Assembly: GCA_950097015.1 (NCBI GenBank)
Contig: CATNEN010000038.1
Coordinates: 24,366,001-24,430,000 of the forward strand
Origin: Macrostomum hystrix
Taxonomy: Eukaryota > Animalia > Platyhelminthes
DNA length: 64,000 bases
Reading direction: 5' to 3'
In this document: positions 22,933-36,300 of the stretch, in pieces
How positions within the stretch are numbered: position 1 is the stretch's first letter
Layout: every line of letters starts with the position of its first letter
The notes under the pieces: model-generated
What the model was told of the DNA's origin: nothing
The model's input: the letters and a program-made list of their open reading frames with translations, nothing else
Databases searched by the model: none
Program-made: the position numbers and the translations under genes

Positions 22933-25069
22933 TACTTTTTAACAACATTTTATCAGCATGAACTTTAGACTAAGATTGTATGCGGTTGCTTTCCAATTAA
23001 ATGACCATAAATGTAGTTATTTATAGAGCATGAAAAATGCTATCAAATGACATAATTCATGATAGTTCACTCCTTAAAATAAGATTAAACCACTCACTCA
23101 AATTGTAAAACCGAACATCAAATTCTCCGTTCAGTTTAAAGATATATGAAAATCATTGTTTGGTTTTAGATGAAAAACATGAATAACTTTTTTCCTATTT
23201 GACAAAATAGCACAAGCATATACTTTTTAGAAAGTTATAAATGTTTTCTATAACTTGGCTTTTGATTTATAATCATATCTTTAATAGAAAATCTTAAATC
23301 TGTAGCTTAGGTTTGAAGTTTAAAAAATCCATATTCTTGTTTGGTTGATGATACATTACCCTATTGTTAATTTAAAAAATATTAAATAAGTATATTTATA
23401 GTTCAAAATAAGTACAATTTATTAAAAATCAAATTTGTACTAACTACTTTGCAAATAATTTCTAAATAAGTAGCTATAGGGTAAGCTACAAAAGATACTA
23501 GCTTAGTTAAAAACCCATTGTCTTCTAAATCTAGTTGTTCACTAGTCATGATAGTGGGTAAAATTTGAAGTCAATCACAAAACCCAAAGTTGGCCTATAT
23601 TAGAGAAATTAAATTCAGGAAGCCCACTTTTAATAATCTAGAACAGCTATGTGCATACTAGGCCTATATCTTGTCTTGATAGCAAGCTAGATTGGTAGCC
23701 TCGCTAATGCTCATTAATGAAAACTATAGGCCTATGGCAAGTGCTATTTTCCAGTGACAATAAATCACAAATGTAGTAGTGATAGGAACTTTCAATTCAT
23801 TGAGTTGATGACATTGACATAATATTTACTATGGTATTAAGGCTAATTATTGATTTTGGTTCCAAATAAATCCATTTTTTATGTTAGGTAAAAGCCTAGC
23901 CAAATATTTATAACTTATTTGTAAGTTTGTAAAATATTTGTAAATATAACTCATACTTAGGCTTAGCTAACTTAGTCCATATGTATTAGGACACATACTA
24001 TTTATAAAATTTCATTTATTCTATATAATTTAGTTTTTATTAAAATTTTATTTGCAGCTAATTTATTATTAGACCTATATAGCTGTTTGACTATTTCAAA
24101 TTTCAAGTATAATGCCCTTTGTCAAAAATGACCAAATAAAATTGTTATATTAAGTGGGCCCTATTTACTCATTAAAAGAGTAGTCTAAGATTTAACCCAA
24201 TTGCAATGACAATGAGGTATTTTAAAAAATTATGTATGCTTTTTTACTAAAATTGTTTTTGTTATTGTTACTCTCTATAAAATGGGACAAAAACTGCTAT
24301 GCTAGTATAGCTCATTTATTTCTTTACATGTAAGGCTCAATTACATAGTCTATTTTTACTCTCATTATTTATTTTTATTTGGTATGCAATGCTGTAAGTA
24401 AAGATATATAAGTTTTATACATCAATTTCTTTTTAATCTTACTATTAGAATAGTCTTATTAAACATATTTTTGTGGCATGTACTGTGAGTTCAATAGATT
24501 ATTTATCTTTAAGATTTTAATAATTAATACACTAGTAAAGCTCTGCTTCATTGTCTATTGACTTTCCTTTTTTTAACTCAAGGCCTAAAGCACTTTCTTT
24601 TTTGAATTTGTGAATTGCCTTGTGGATAAGTGCCAAGCTGCTGCAAATATATTGTATTTTGTAAGCTTGAATATTTGCAAGTTTTTTGGTTCAGCATGTG
24701 AGAAGTGGTGGAGTAGAGCTCTATGCACAATTAGAGCTAAGAAATTATCAGGAGGGGAAGTCAAAAAAGTGTATATCAAAGGCTATCAGAAATAGCCCAA
24801 CTTTTATTTTCAGACTCTAGCTTTGGCTCATGACAACACCCGTTACCATGAAAGGCTAGGCTTCTAGCTTGTCAGCGACAGGAACAAAAATTGGGGCATG
24901 AAGAAGTCTGGAGAAAAGCAACATGGCAGTTATTTTAAACCTTGACCATGATTTTGTCACTAGGGAATTCCCTTAAACCTGGTTCATAATGTGGTTACTA
25001 ATGAAATCCCTCAAGCCTGGTCCATGATGTGGTTACTAATGAAATCACTCCCTTCTTGTCTTATCTGTA

Positions 25070-25355
25070 ATTTGGTCACTATGGAAATCCCTCGCTGATT
25101 TTATTGTCTGTGATTTGGCCACTAGGCAAATCCCTCCCTTCTTGTATTGCGTGGGATTTGGTCACTAGTGAAATCCCTCCCTTCTTGTATTGCGTGGGAT
25201 TTGGTCACTAGTGAAATCCCTCCCTTCTTGTATTGCGTGGGATTTGGTCACTAGTGAAATCCCTCCCTTCTTGTATTGCGTGGGATTTGGTCACTAGTGA
25301 AATCCCTCCCTTCTTGTATTGCGTGGGATTTGGTCACTAGTGAAATCCCTCCTTT
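25070..25355. repeat. Minisatellite, 43-bp
   Basis: GATTTGGTCACTAGTGAAATCCCTCCCTTCTTGTATTGCGTGG, about 5 copies plus degenerate ones. Confidence 0.9.
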
Positions 25356-26264
25356 CTTTTTTTGTCTGTGGGTTGATCACCAGGGAAATCCATCTTCTTC
25401 TTGCTTCGTCTGTGATGTCATTACTGTAGGGAAATAAATCCACCTGTACTATAATTATGCTAATGAAAATATTATCAGTAAATTTATACTCGCAGGCAAT
25501 ATGTGAGGGTAGACTTGTAAATTCTTAGACTCTTAGATTATTTCTCTGTGCCCTGCAGCTATCTAACTTAACCCAATCGTGTAAGCAGACTGTTGTGTCA
25601 CCGTCACCTTACTTCACCAACCAGAATATAACTCTTAGTAGTTTCCTATTTTCAACTTCTGGTGAACTGTGAGTACGTCTTATTCGTTAAGTTAAATTGC
25701 GTTTATTGGTTTGAGAACACACTGGCTTTTATTTTGACAATTGAGCTCAACGCTTAGATAAGAAACTTACAGTGGGCTTACAATTCTACTTCCTTCTTTC
25801 CACTCCTTTCCGTATCTGACCATGCTAGGCGGGTTAGACCAGTTGAAACACTTATATAAGTAACGACAAGAGGGTTATTAGCTTTGGGACAGCAATTCAA
25901 AGCGAAATCAGACAGAAAAAATGGAATTCGATCTATCGAATTATGCTAAACAGTTTAATTATACGAATTGCAATACTGTGACAGCTAGAAGTGTAACTAA
26001 ATCTTCTCTGACTAGCAATTGCTTCGATTGGGAGGAAGAATTCCTATTAAAGATTAGTCGCGTATCGTCTAAAGATTTATTAAACAATTGCCTAAATGGT
26101 AGCAGCTTATTAGCTGGGTTGACCTGTCTGATTGGTAAAGTGAATTGCCCATGTATATATATATATATATAATCATATAATTTTTTATAACCAGTTGTAC
26201 TAAGAGTGACTCTGTGTGCATCAATTTTCTAGCGAAACCAGAAACGGACTCTGCCACAGCTTCA

Positions 26265-26367
26265 ATGAGCAGGAGTAAGGCGCCCGGACTTGGCGCTCAG
26301 CAGCTGCAGCAACAGCAGCAGAAGAAGCCCGGCAACTATACCAGCACTAGTAGAGGCGTTGCCGGCG
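26265..26367 (+). CDS. CLASP: CLASP putative first coding exon (MSRSKAPG...)
   Basis: Acceptor at 26232, ATG 26265, GTGAGT donor in phase 1. Confidence 0.6.
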
Positions 26368-29300
26368 GTGAGTGTTGCTTCAAAGTGTTGGGTCGTTTTC
26401 AAATAATTATTTATCAACTCAATAAACTCAAGAGTCTAACTAATCGTATTCTCAGAGCTAAAAAGAATTCCTAAACTTGTCGAATTCGTGGAGTCGTCAA
26501 ATTCATCAACTCGAATTCGTGGAGTCGTCAAATTCATTAAGTCGTCGAATTCCGAAACTCCTTAAATTCCTTAACTCGTCGAATTCATAGTCTTCGAATT
26601 CCTTAACTAGTCGAATTTCTAAACTCGTCGAATTCCTTAACTCGTCAAATTCCTAAACTCGTCGCATTTGTGTAGTCGTCGAATTCCTAAACTCGTCGAA
26701 TTCCTAATCTCATCGAATTCCTAAACTCGTCGAATTCCTTAACTCGTCAAATTCCGAAAGTCGTCGAATTCATAGAGTCATCGAATTCCTAGAGTCTTTG
26801 AATTCCTAATCTCGTCGAATTCCTGGAGTCATCGAATTCCTAGAGTCATCGAATTCCTAATCTCGTCGAATTCATAGAGTCATCGAATTCCTAGAGTCAT
26901 CGAATTCCTAGAGTCATCGAATTCCTAGAGTCTTTGAATTCCTAGAGTCATCGAATTCCTAGAGTCATCGAATTCCTAGAGTCTTTGAATTCCTAGAGTC
27001 ATCGAATTCCTAGAGTCATTGAATTCCTAGAGTCATCGAATTCCTAGAGTCATCGAATTAATAATCTCGTCGAATTCCTAGATTCATCGAATTCCTAATC
27101 TCGTCGAATTCATAGAGTCGTCGAATTCCTAATCTCGTCGAATTTCTTAACTTATGGAACTCTTAAGGTTTATCGAATTATAATTTCGCAGATTTCTAAA
27201 CAACTTAAATTTCTTAAATTCAAAGAATTTGAAAGATAAACATATGCTAACATAAGCAATAATTCTAAATGGCGCCCTATAAGCTAGTGCCTGGCATCCA
27301 TAGCTGTATTTTTTTGTAAACTATTATTCTAGTTTAAGAAATCCGGCTTGTTAGCAATCAATGCTAGTCACTATTAGTTGTTAACTAGCAGTGAAGCAAT
27401 TTTATCTGTAATTTATTTAAGATGCTTTGAGTACTCTCGACTGGAAATGCTTTGATCGATATGGCTTTGGTAGGCAGAAAATTGTGACTCAATTTTTTAT
27501 AATTATTTCTGTTTTTGGAAACAATGTTTCTCTTTCTTGCTTTTATAATCTAAATCTACAGTTTTCTTGTTTAAAATTGGGTCTATATCTTCAAGTTTTA
27601 TTTTGTTTTCAAATTCCATTTCCTTATTGTCCTTTGGTGGCGTGTTTTCCTTTTCGAATTGCATTTTTCATCTTTTAAACAAGGTTATTAAAAAATTTAT
27701 GAGTGAAAATCATGTAAAATTTTAACTTTTTAATGGAATTTTCATCTGCTGGAAAACAACGAATTTCTTCACTTGACTTCTTCCATTTATACGAATATTT
27801 CTTCTCTTCCACATTTCCTTTCCCTTCATTTCCTTCCCTTCCATTCCTTCCCTTCATTTCCTTCCCTTCCATTCCTTCCCTTCATTTCCTTCCCTTCCAT
27901 TCCTTCCCTTCATTTCCTTCCCTTCCATTCCTTCCCTTCATTTCCTTCCCTTCCATTCCTTCCCTTCATTTCCTTCCCTTCATTTCCTTCCCTTCATTTC
28001 CTTCTCTTCCATTCCTTCCCTTCATTTCCTTCCCTTCATTTCCTTCCCTTCCATTCCTTCCCTTCATTTCCTTTCCCTTCATTTCCTTTCCCTTCATTTC
28101 CTTCCCTTCCATTCCTTCCCTTCATTTCCTTCCCTTCCATTCCTTCCCTTCATTTCCTTCCCTTCCATTCCTTCCCTTCATTTCCTTCCCTTCCATTCCT
28201 TCCCTTCATTTCCTTCCCTTCCATTCCTTCCCTTCATTTCCTTCCCTTCCATTCCTTCCCTTCATTTCCTTCCCTTCCATTCCTTCCCTTCATTTCCTTC
28301 CCTTTCTTTCATTTCTTTCCAGGTTCCAACTTTCCCTTCTTTTCCAGTCATTCAAAAGAAATTGACGAATATTTCCTTGCCTTCGTAAAATTCCGTCGAG
28401 TATTGTTTCGCCAACTCTACCTACTACCTTGATTAACAATGTCATCCTATTTGTGCATGCATTTCAATGCCCCTAACTTAAAAAATAGTCAGCGAATGAA
28501 ACAGAATTGTCTCCTCGCTAGCTTAGGGTCGATTGTGACAAAATGTAGCATTAACTTAATTATAAAATATAAAATGGCAAAAAATTAAGTTAATAATACC
28601 TTTATAGGCGTAGTTGGTATATTACGAATTTACGACTATTATACTGCGTTATAAATTCCCAATAAACCTAATCCCAGTTCAAACAGATGTTGTTAGCAGC
28701 TTTGGTCTAAGCGCCAAGCCTCCTAGACCAAGAATCGGCTCGGCAGGTAGATAGCATAGAAAAAAAACACTCATTTAATGGCAACGCATTTTAGTTGAAC
28801 TTTGTTTTCTGTAATACACATGTCGCTATCTTCTTGCCTAACAGTAGAAATGCCATCATAGTCGCCGACATAGTTCACATTTAGTGAGCTCGAGAATTAT
28901 TGATGATTTTTCCCACCAGACACCCCGACGAGAGAATCCTTGAATATCTTGACGATGCAGATGTTTTGGGATGTTTCTGGAAGTTGTTTAAACAAAAAAC
29001 AGCTAGAAATTTTAGACCGTGTTATAAATTTTCATGACGATTAGTTAAATATTCCGTATTTTAGGAAATACAGAAAATGTGGGTTCTTAAAATACACATG
29101 GACTTCTAGCTAGCATGCTAGCTTCCAGACTTCCAGAGCCATTCCTAAGTCCATGGTCAGAAATCCAAAGAAACACCCCACGTGCTATTTTTACTGTTCG
29201 CCGGCGCGTGATCTTTTGTAATGTAGCAGCGATTAGCAATTTTATGTCTATGGCAAACGTATCCGTGCTGTATATGTGATCTGTATCACACGGCGCTAGA

Positions 29301-32300
29301 AAATATTACTTAAAAAACTACTTTCTAATGATAGCGGCATATTTAAAATTGTTATCTTAAAGTAGAGTATGCAGTAGAAGTACTGAAGTATTATGAATTG
29401 TGCATAACAATCACAACAGTTCACATTCGTAGACCATTGTGCATACTTACTGGACAATCACACAAGCTTCATAGATCATGTTAATTCTTTTATATTTTGA
29501 AATTTGAACAGAGTAGTTAGATTAGTTCGAATCTTGGTCAAAAGAAAGCTATTTAGTTTTCTTTTAGCAAAACACTCACTTCTATATTGACTTCTTTTTA
29601 CACAACTGAGAAATTTGGGGTACAAATTTGGACATACACTTTAGCCAATCATAAGCAATCCCTGCACCTATTGTTAGATGTGCATTGAACACAGTCTACC
29701 CATTACTTTTTGTCTATAGATGTTCCTCAGTCGAAAATATAAATTCACAGCTTTTTTACCTGTACATTTAATTGCTATCTTATTAACGTTGTGCCATATT
29801 GCAGCATATCTGAAGAGGGATTTTGTTGAACTCCTAGATTATTGATGAAAGCACTCGTAAAAACTTTTGTTGTTAGCTAGTTGAGTGTGTTTAGGTCAGT
29901 TTATGAAGTGTGTTTATGTGAGTTAGTGGAGTGTGTTTATGTCAGTTAGTGGAGTGTGTTTATGTCAGTTAGTGGAGCGTGTTGTGTCAGTTAGGGGAGT
30001 GTGTTTATGTGAGTTAGTGGAGTGTGTTTATGTCAGTTAATGAAGTGTGTTTATGTCAGTTAGTGGAGCGTGTTGTGTCAGTTAGTGGAGTGTGTTTATG
30101 TCAGTTAGTGGAGCGTGTTTATGTCAGTTAGGGGAGTGTGTTTATGTGAGTTAGTGGAGTGTGTTTATGTCAGTTAGTGGAGTGTGTTTATGTGAGTTAG
30201 TGGAGTGTGTTTATGTCAGTTAGTGGAGCGTGTTTATGTCAGTTAGGGGAGTGTGTTTATGTGAGTTAGTGGAGTGTGTTAATGTCAGTTAGTGGAGTGT
30301 GTTTATGTGAGTTAGTGGAGTGTGTTTATGTCAGTTAGTGGAGCGTGTTTATGTCAGTTAGGGGAGTGTGTTTATGTGAGTTAGTGGAGCGTGTTTATGT
30401 CAGTTAGGGGAGTGTGTTTATGTGAGTTAGTGGAGTGTGTTTATGTCAGTTAGTGGAGTGTGTTTATGTCAGTTAGTGGAGCGTGTTTATGTCAGTTAGG
30501 GGAGTGTGTTTATGTCAGTTAGTGGAGTGTGTTTATGTCAGTTAGTGGAGTGTGTTTATGTCAGTTAGTGGAGTGTGTTTATGTCAGTTAGTGGAGTGTG
30601 TTTATGTCAGTTAGTGGAGTGTGTTTATGTTATTTAGTGGAGTGTGTTTATGTTATTTAGTGGAGTGTGTATATGTCAGTTCGTGGCGTGTGTTTATGTC
30701 AGTGGAGTGTGTTTATGTCAGTGGAGTGTGTTTATGTCCGTTAGTTGTGTGTGTTTTTGTCACCATGCAAAGCAAGTCACTAAATTCAAATAAGCAGAAT
30801 CACACAACGTTTTCCTCTCGATCCCTACTCCTCTCAATTATAGGGCAGTGGCTGGTATTTGACTATTTAAATTAAACACCCCTGATTATATTGTCTTTAT
30901 CCACATCAATGTAGCATAGCATTTTAAGTATTCTATTTAACTTTCGTCATTTTATTTTAGGCGTTGGCGCAGTTGATGAGGAGACATTTGTAAACGCGTT
31001 CGAACAGGTGCCGAAAATTAGCGTAAGTAGCTATTGGTGTTCCAATTTCACAAACAGTTTTGTCACAGAATTTATAGGGACTAGACAGATTGTAGCTAGG
31101 GAGTAGACAGGTGGTAGCTAGGGAGTAGACAGATTGTAGTTAGGGAGTAGACAGATTGTAGATAGGGAGTAGACAGATTGTAGCTAGGGAGTAGACAGAT
31201 TGTAGCTAGGGAGTAGACAGATTGTAGCTAGGGAGTAGACAGATTGTAGCTAGGGAGTAGACAGATTGTAGCTAGGGAGTAGACAGATTGTAGCTAGAGA
31301 GTAGACACATTGTAGCTAGGGAGTAGACAGGTGGTAGCTAGGGAGTAGACAGATTGTAGTTAGGGAGTAGACAGATTGTAGATAGGGAGTAGACGGGTGG
31401 TAGTTAGGGAGTAGACAGATTGTAGCTAGGGAGTAGACAGGTGGTAGTTAGGGAGTAGACAGGTGGTAGTTAGGGAGTAGACAGGTGGTAGTTAGGGAGT
31501 AGACAGGTGGTGGGTTGGGAGTAGACAGGTGGTGGGTAGGGAGTAGACAGGCGGTAGGTTGGGAGTAGACAGGTGGTAGTAGGCATGTGTTCAGTGAAGA
31601 CAAGTGCAGGCGGTAGGTACAGACTGTTACGCACTCGGGCGCAAAACTTGCTCGCCTTCGCAGATCGCGCACGGTCGAGACGTGGCCGATCATCTGGCCC
31701 GGGCTCGCGAAGTTCTCTCCGGCAGCGTCGAAGAATGGGAGAAGCGAGTCGAATGCCTGAAACAGCTGCGCTCATTAGTCCTAGCTGGTGGCATCGATTA
31801 TGACGAGTTCCTACCCGGTCTCCGGGCCCTAGAAGTGCCATTTCGCACCTGCGTCACAGATCTGCGATCGCTAGTAGTGCGCGAGGCGTGCATCACCGTT
31901 GCTCATTTGTCTAGCGAGCTGCGCAATCGATTCGATCATTTCGCCGAGAGCATTCTAGAATGCTTGCTATCGCTCATTGCTAATAGTGCCAAAGTGATTA
32001 GCACCAGCGGCATTGTCGCCACCCGATTACTATTGCGCTGCACGCATTCTCCCAGGCTAGTACCGATTCTTAATCAATTCTCCCAGTCGAAATCCGCTAT
32101 TCAACGCCGTTTCCTGTACGATCTTCTCGCTATACTGTTCGATCATTGGCCAGCTAACTATCTGGAGAAGCAGCTGCCTGCTCTAGTTGAAGTGTTTCGT
32201 CGCGGCTTAGTCGACGCCGATCAGGAAGGTCGGGCGCACACGAGGCGTGCTTTCTGGCTTTATTGGGCAATGTTTCGCGACTCAGCCGAACAGCTATTGA

Positions 32301-33353
32301 AAACTCTGGATCCAAAGACTAGGCAGGCTTTGGAAAAGGACAGACCCGGATCCGCTGCGTCTGTTGGTAAGGCTATACCATTGTTTACAGTTTTATCTCT
32401 CAGATTATAATATGGCTAATCTAATCTAAATTTCCATTTTCTACGAAATCCAAAACAAAACAGTTTCTAAGAAATCGGAGACAAGAATTTCCGAGAAATC
32501 CGAAACAGTTTCTAAGAAATCGGAGACAAGAATTTCCGAGAAATCCGAAACAGTTTCTAAGAAATCGGAGACAAGAATTTCCGAGAAATCCGAAATAGTT
32601 TCTAAGAAATCGGAGACAAGAATTTCCGAGAAATCCGAAATAGTTTCTAAGAAATCGGAGACAAGAATTTCCGAGAAATCCGAAACAGTTTCTAAGAAAT
32701 CGGAGACAAGAATTTCCGAGGAATCCGAAACAGTTTCTAAGAAATCGGAAACAAGAATTTCCGAGAAATCCGAAACAGTTTCTAAGAAACCCGAAAGTAA
32801 AGCTGTTTCTAAGAAATCTGAAAGTATAACAGTTTCAACGAAAGTTTAAATTAATAAATTATACGAAATCCAAAAATTTAACATTTTTAGGTAATTTAAA
32901 AGTAAAAAATTCTTAGTTTAGAAATAAAGAACTTCAAAAAGTTTCTTAGAATTTGGCCTAAAAAACTTTTTTTTTCTAAATGTATCACTTGTTTTACCAA
33001 GCGACAGGCCTTCCGAAAGCTGTAACATCAAAGCCGTTGTCAATGACAACAAATTTGGCCACAGCAACACCCGCGTCTACTATTGGCGGCTTGCCTCGTT
33101 CAACCAGCGATCATAACAATCTGGGCGGCGGCGTCGGCGTTCCGGCGGGTGCCAGTAGGGTCTTAGGGCCGTCTTCTCGGACTCTCCGTCTTGGCCAGCA
33201 GCCGCAGCAGCAGCAGCCGCAGCAGCAGGTCCGGGGTCGTACAGCAACAAAAGCCAGCGGCGCTTACAGCCAATCAACTCCTGCTAGTCGCGAAGCGTCA
33301 CCCTCGTCTCGCTATAGCTATCTGACATATCAGCAACAGCAGCAGCAGTTGCA

Positions 33354-33392
<39 letters not shown>

Positions 33393-36300
33393 GTGCTTTT
33401 ATCAGCAGCGCGCTACGCCAGGCTCTGCTAGCAGGCCAGTCGGGCATCGCTCTCAGGGCACCAGTCGCGAGGCTTCGCCAGGTCGAGGAGGCAGCGGAAT
33501 TCCTGTGCCGTCTGGCGTCGGCGGCAGCGGCGGTATGAGCAGCCTCAGGCGGCAATCCCACGGCGCCAGAACTCCGCTCGGGTACGGCGGCGGCACCTAT
33601 CGAACTGGCTCAGGGGCCGTTGTTCGCCGAGCGTCTGGCAGCGAGAATGACACGGCAGCGCAGAGCGCTTTAGCCGAGGCGTTGCAATACAAATTGGCCA
33701 GGGCCTCCAACAATGGCGGTGATGACGCGGCTAGCGAGACTTCCTCCGTGTGCTCCGATAGCTCCTATAAGTCCTTTAATGTAAGTTGTTTCTAGCCTGT
33801 GTTCTGTTCGCACTGGGTTTTATTGGGGTCAGGAAATTCACGATGGGATTTTTAGAAATGGATAGATAATTTACGATGGGATTATTGAGGATGTTAATTC
33901 GCGATGGGATTTTTTGGGATGTGATAATTTGCGATGGGATTTTTGAGGATGTAATAATTCGCGATGGGATTTTTGAGGATGTGATAATTCGCGATGGGAT
34001 TTTTGAGGATGTGATAATTCGCGATGGGATTTTTGAGGATGTGATAATTCGCGATGGGATTTTTTGGGATGTGATAATTCGCGATGGGATTATTTAGGAT
34101 GTGATAATTCACGATGGGATTTTTTAGAACTGGATTGACAATTCCCCATTTAATTTTTCAGAACTGGATTGACAATCCGCCATTTAATTTTTTGGATGTG
34201 ATAATTCGCGATGGGATTTTTTAGGATGTGATAATTCGCAATGGCATTTTTTAAAACTGGATCGATAATTCACAATGGGATTTTTTAGGATGTGATAATT
34301 TACGATGAGATTTTTTAGAACTGGATTGACAATCCACCATTTAATTTTTTAGGATGTGATAATTTACGATGGGATTTTTTAGAACTGGATTGACACTTCG
34401 CCATTTAATTTTTTAGGATGTGATACTTCGCGATGGGATTTTGTTAAAATAGTTACTGATGCGATTTTTTAATGGGACAGCTCACAGATGAAATGTGCGG
34501 GATAGAGTAACTGATAATGATATTTTTTGGATTAGGTAATTTATTATTCGATTTTTAATGTCACAGTTTCTCTCCATTGCGCTTTATATTGGGATAAGCA
34601 AATTCACGATGGGATTTGAACTTTTTATTCAACGTAATTCTGCAGAGCTGCTACACTGGTCGAAGATTTGTAGCCCGCATTAGCAAGGTAACAAAAAAGC
34701 ATTTGAAAGCTGCCAAAAATATCTACCTTGGAAGTCATTTAATAGCATGCTTATTCTTATCCTTATTTGTAAAGATTTTTGCGATCTGCAATGCTTGGTG
34801 TTGTTTACTCTGATTCTCTTCAATCGCGCACCATTTAAGCCACCATTTTAATAATTTGCGAATTTTTATGATTAATTTTTTGCATCCTCCATCCTCATCA
34901 TCCACCCTTTACCCACCAACCCCCTTCCACAACCCCAATTTACACACTTCATCCATCAACCCCCTTCCACAACCCTAATGTACACCACTATCCACCAACC
35001 CCCTTCCACAACCCCAAATTACACCCTTCATCCATCAACCCCCTTCCACAACCCTAATGTACACCATTATCCACCAACCCCCTTCCACAACCCCAAATTA
35101 CACCCTTCATCCATTAACCCCCTTCCACAACCCTAATGTACACCATTATCCACCAACCCCCTTCCACAACCCTAATGTACACCATTATCCACCAACCCCC
35201 TTCCACAACCCCAATTTACACCCTTCATCCATCAACCCCCTTCCACAACCCTAATGTACACCATTATCCACCAACCCCCTTCCACAACCCTAATGTACAC
35301 CCTTCATCCATCAACCCCCTTCCACAACTACAATTTTACACCCTCGATCCACCAAGCCCTTTCTACTATCCCAATCTTCAACTCCTATTTTCCTTAGATT
35401 TTCGCACGTATCTTTTAGTGTTTATATATTATAAATAATACAAAATCATGAATTCAATTGCTTATTCTGTCAATCTGTTGTGAGATAAAATACTAAATAA
35501 CTGATTATTAGATCAAAAGATTGTAGACAAATAACAGCAAAAAAATCTGAATGTACAACGGTTAATTTGTTGTAAATTTTACTTTTTTGTTAAAAAAAGT
35601 AAAAAATGTACATTCGCTTTACTTCTTGCAGCACGTATATACCCACAGCATGTTGCATGTTGTAATTAATTATATGCTGTTTAAATCAAAATGCTCGTAA
35701 ATGCTTTGCTAAATGTTGTTTCATGATTTTTTGCATTCAAATCCTTTTAATCAACTGCATTTAATCAGCCTTCAAATCCTTCTACTCAACTGCCTCGAAT
35801 CAGCCTTCAAATCCTTCTACTCAACTGCCTCAATTCAGCCTTCAAATCTCACCTACTCAACTGCCTCAATTCAGCCTTCAAATCTCATCTACTCAACTGC
35901 CTCAAATCAGCCTTCAAATCTCATCTACTCAACTGCCTCAATTCAGCCTTTAAATCTCACCTACTCAGCTGCCTCAAATCAGCCTTCAAATCTCATCTAC
36001 TCAACTGCCTCAAATCAGCCTTCAAATCTCATCTACTCAACTGCCTCAAATCAGCCTTCAAATCTCATCTACTCAACTGCCTCAAATCAGCCTTCAAATC
36101 TCATCTACTCAACTGCTCCTAACCCGCGTAGATAATATTCAAGTAATCCAATACATTTCGCGTCCCTCCGCGCCCCCAGAACATCGCCGACATAATTCAG
36201 CAGTTGGAGTCGCGCGATTGGAGCCAACGTCGCGATGGCCTGGCAAGCCTCACTAACTATCTTAGCCGTGACAATTGCCGGCTAAACGCTGCCGAAGTTC

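Noticed and set aside
14020-26265. Shared bidirectional promoter or functional cluster of sif and CLASP
   Set aside because: Start codons are 12 kb apart with transposons between; a Rac-microtubule link is plausible but unsupported by the sequence
27733-28432. Hydrophobic F/P/S-rich ORFs
   Set aside because: Polypyrimidine repeat; the same applies to 42913-43540 and 45009-45548
31075-31580. Interstitial telomere
   Set aside because: TTAGGG occurs only as isolated hexamers in some 22-bp units, never in tandem
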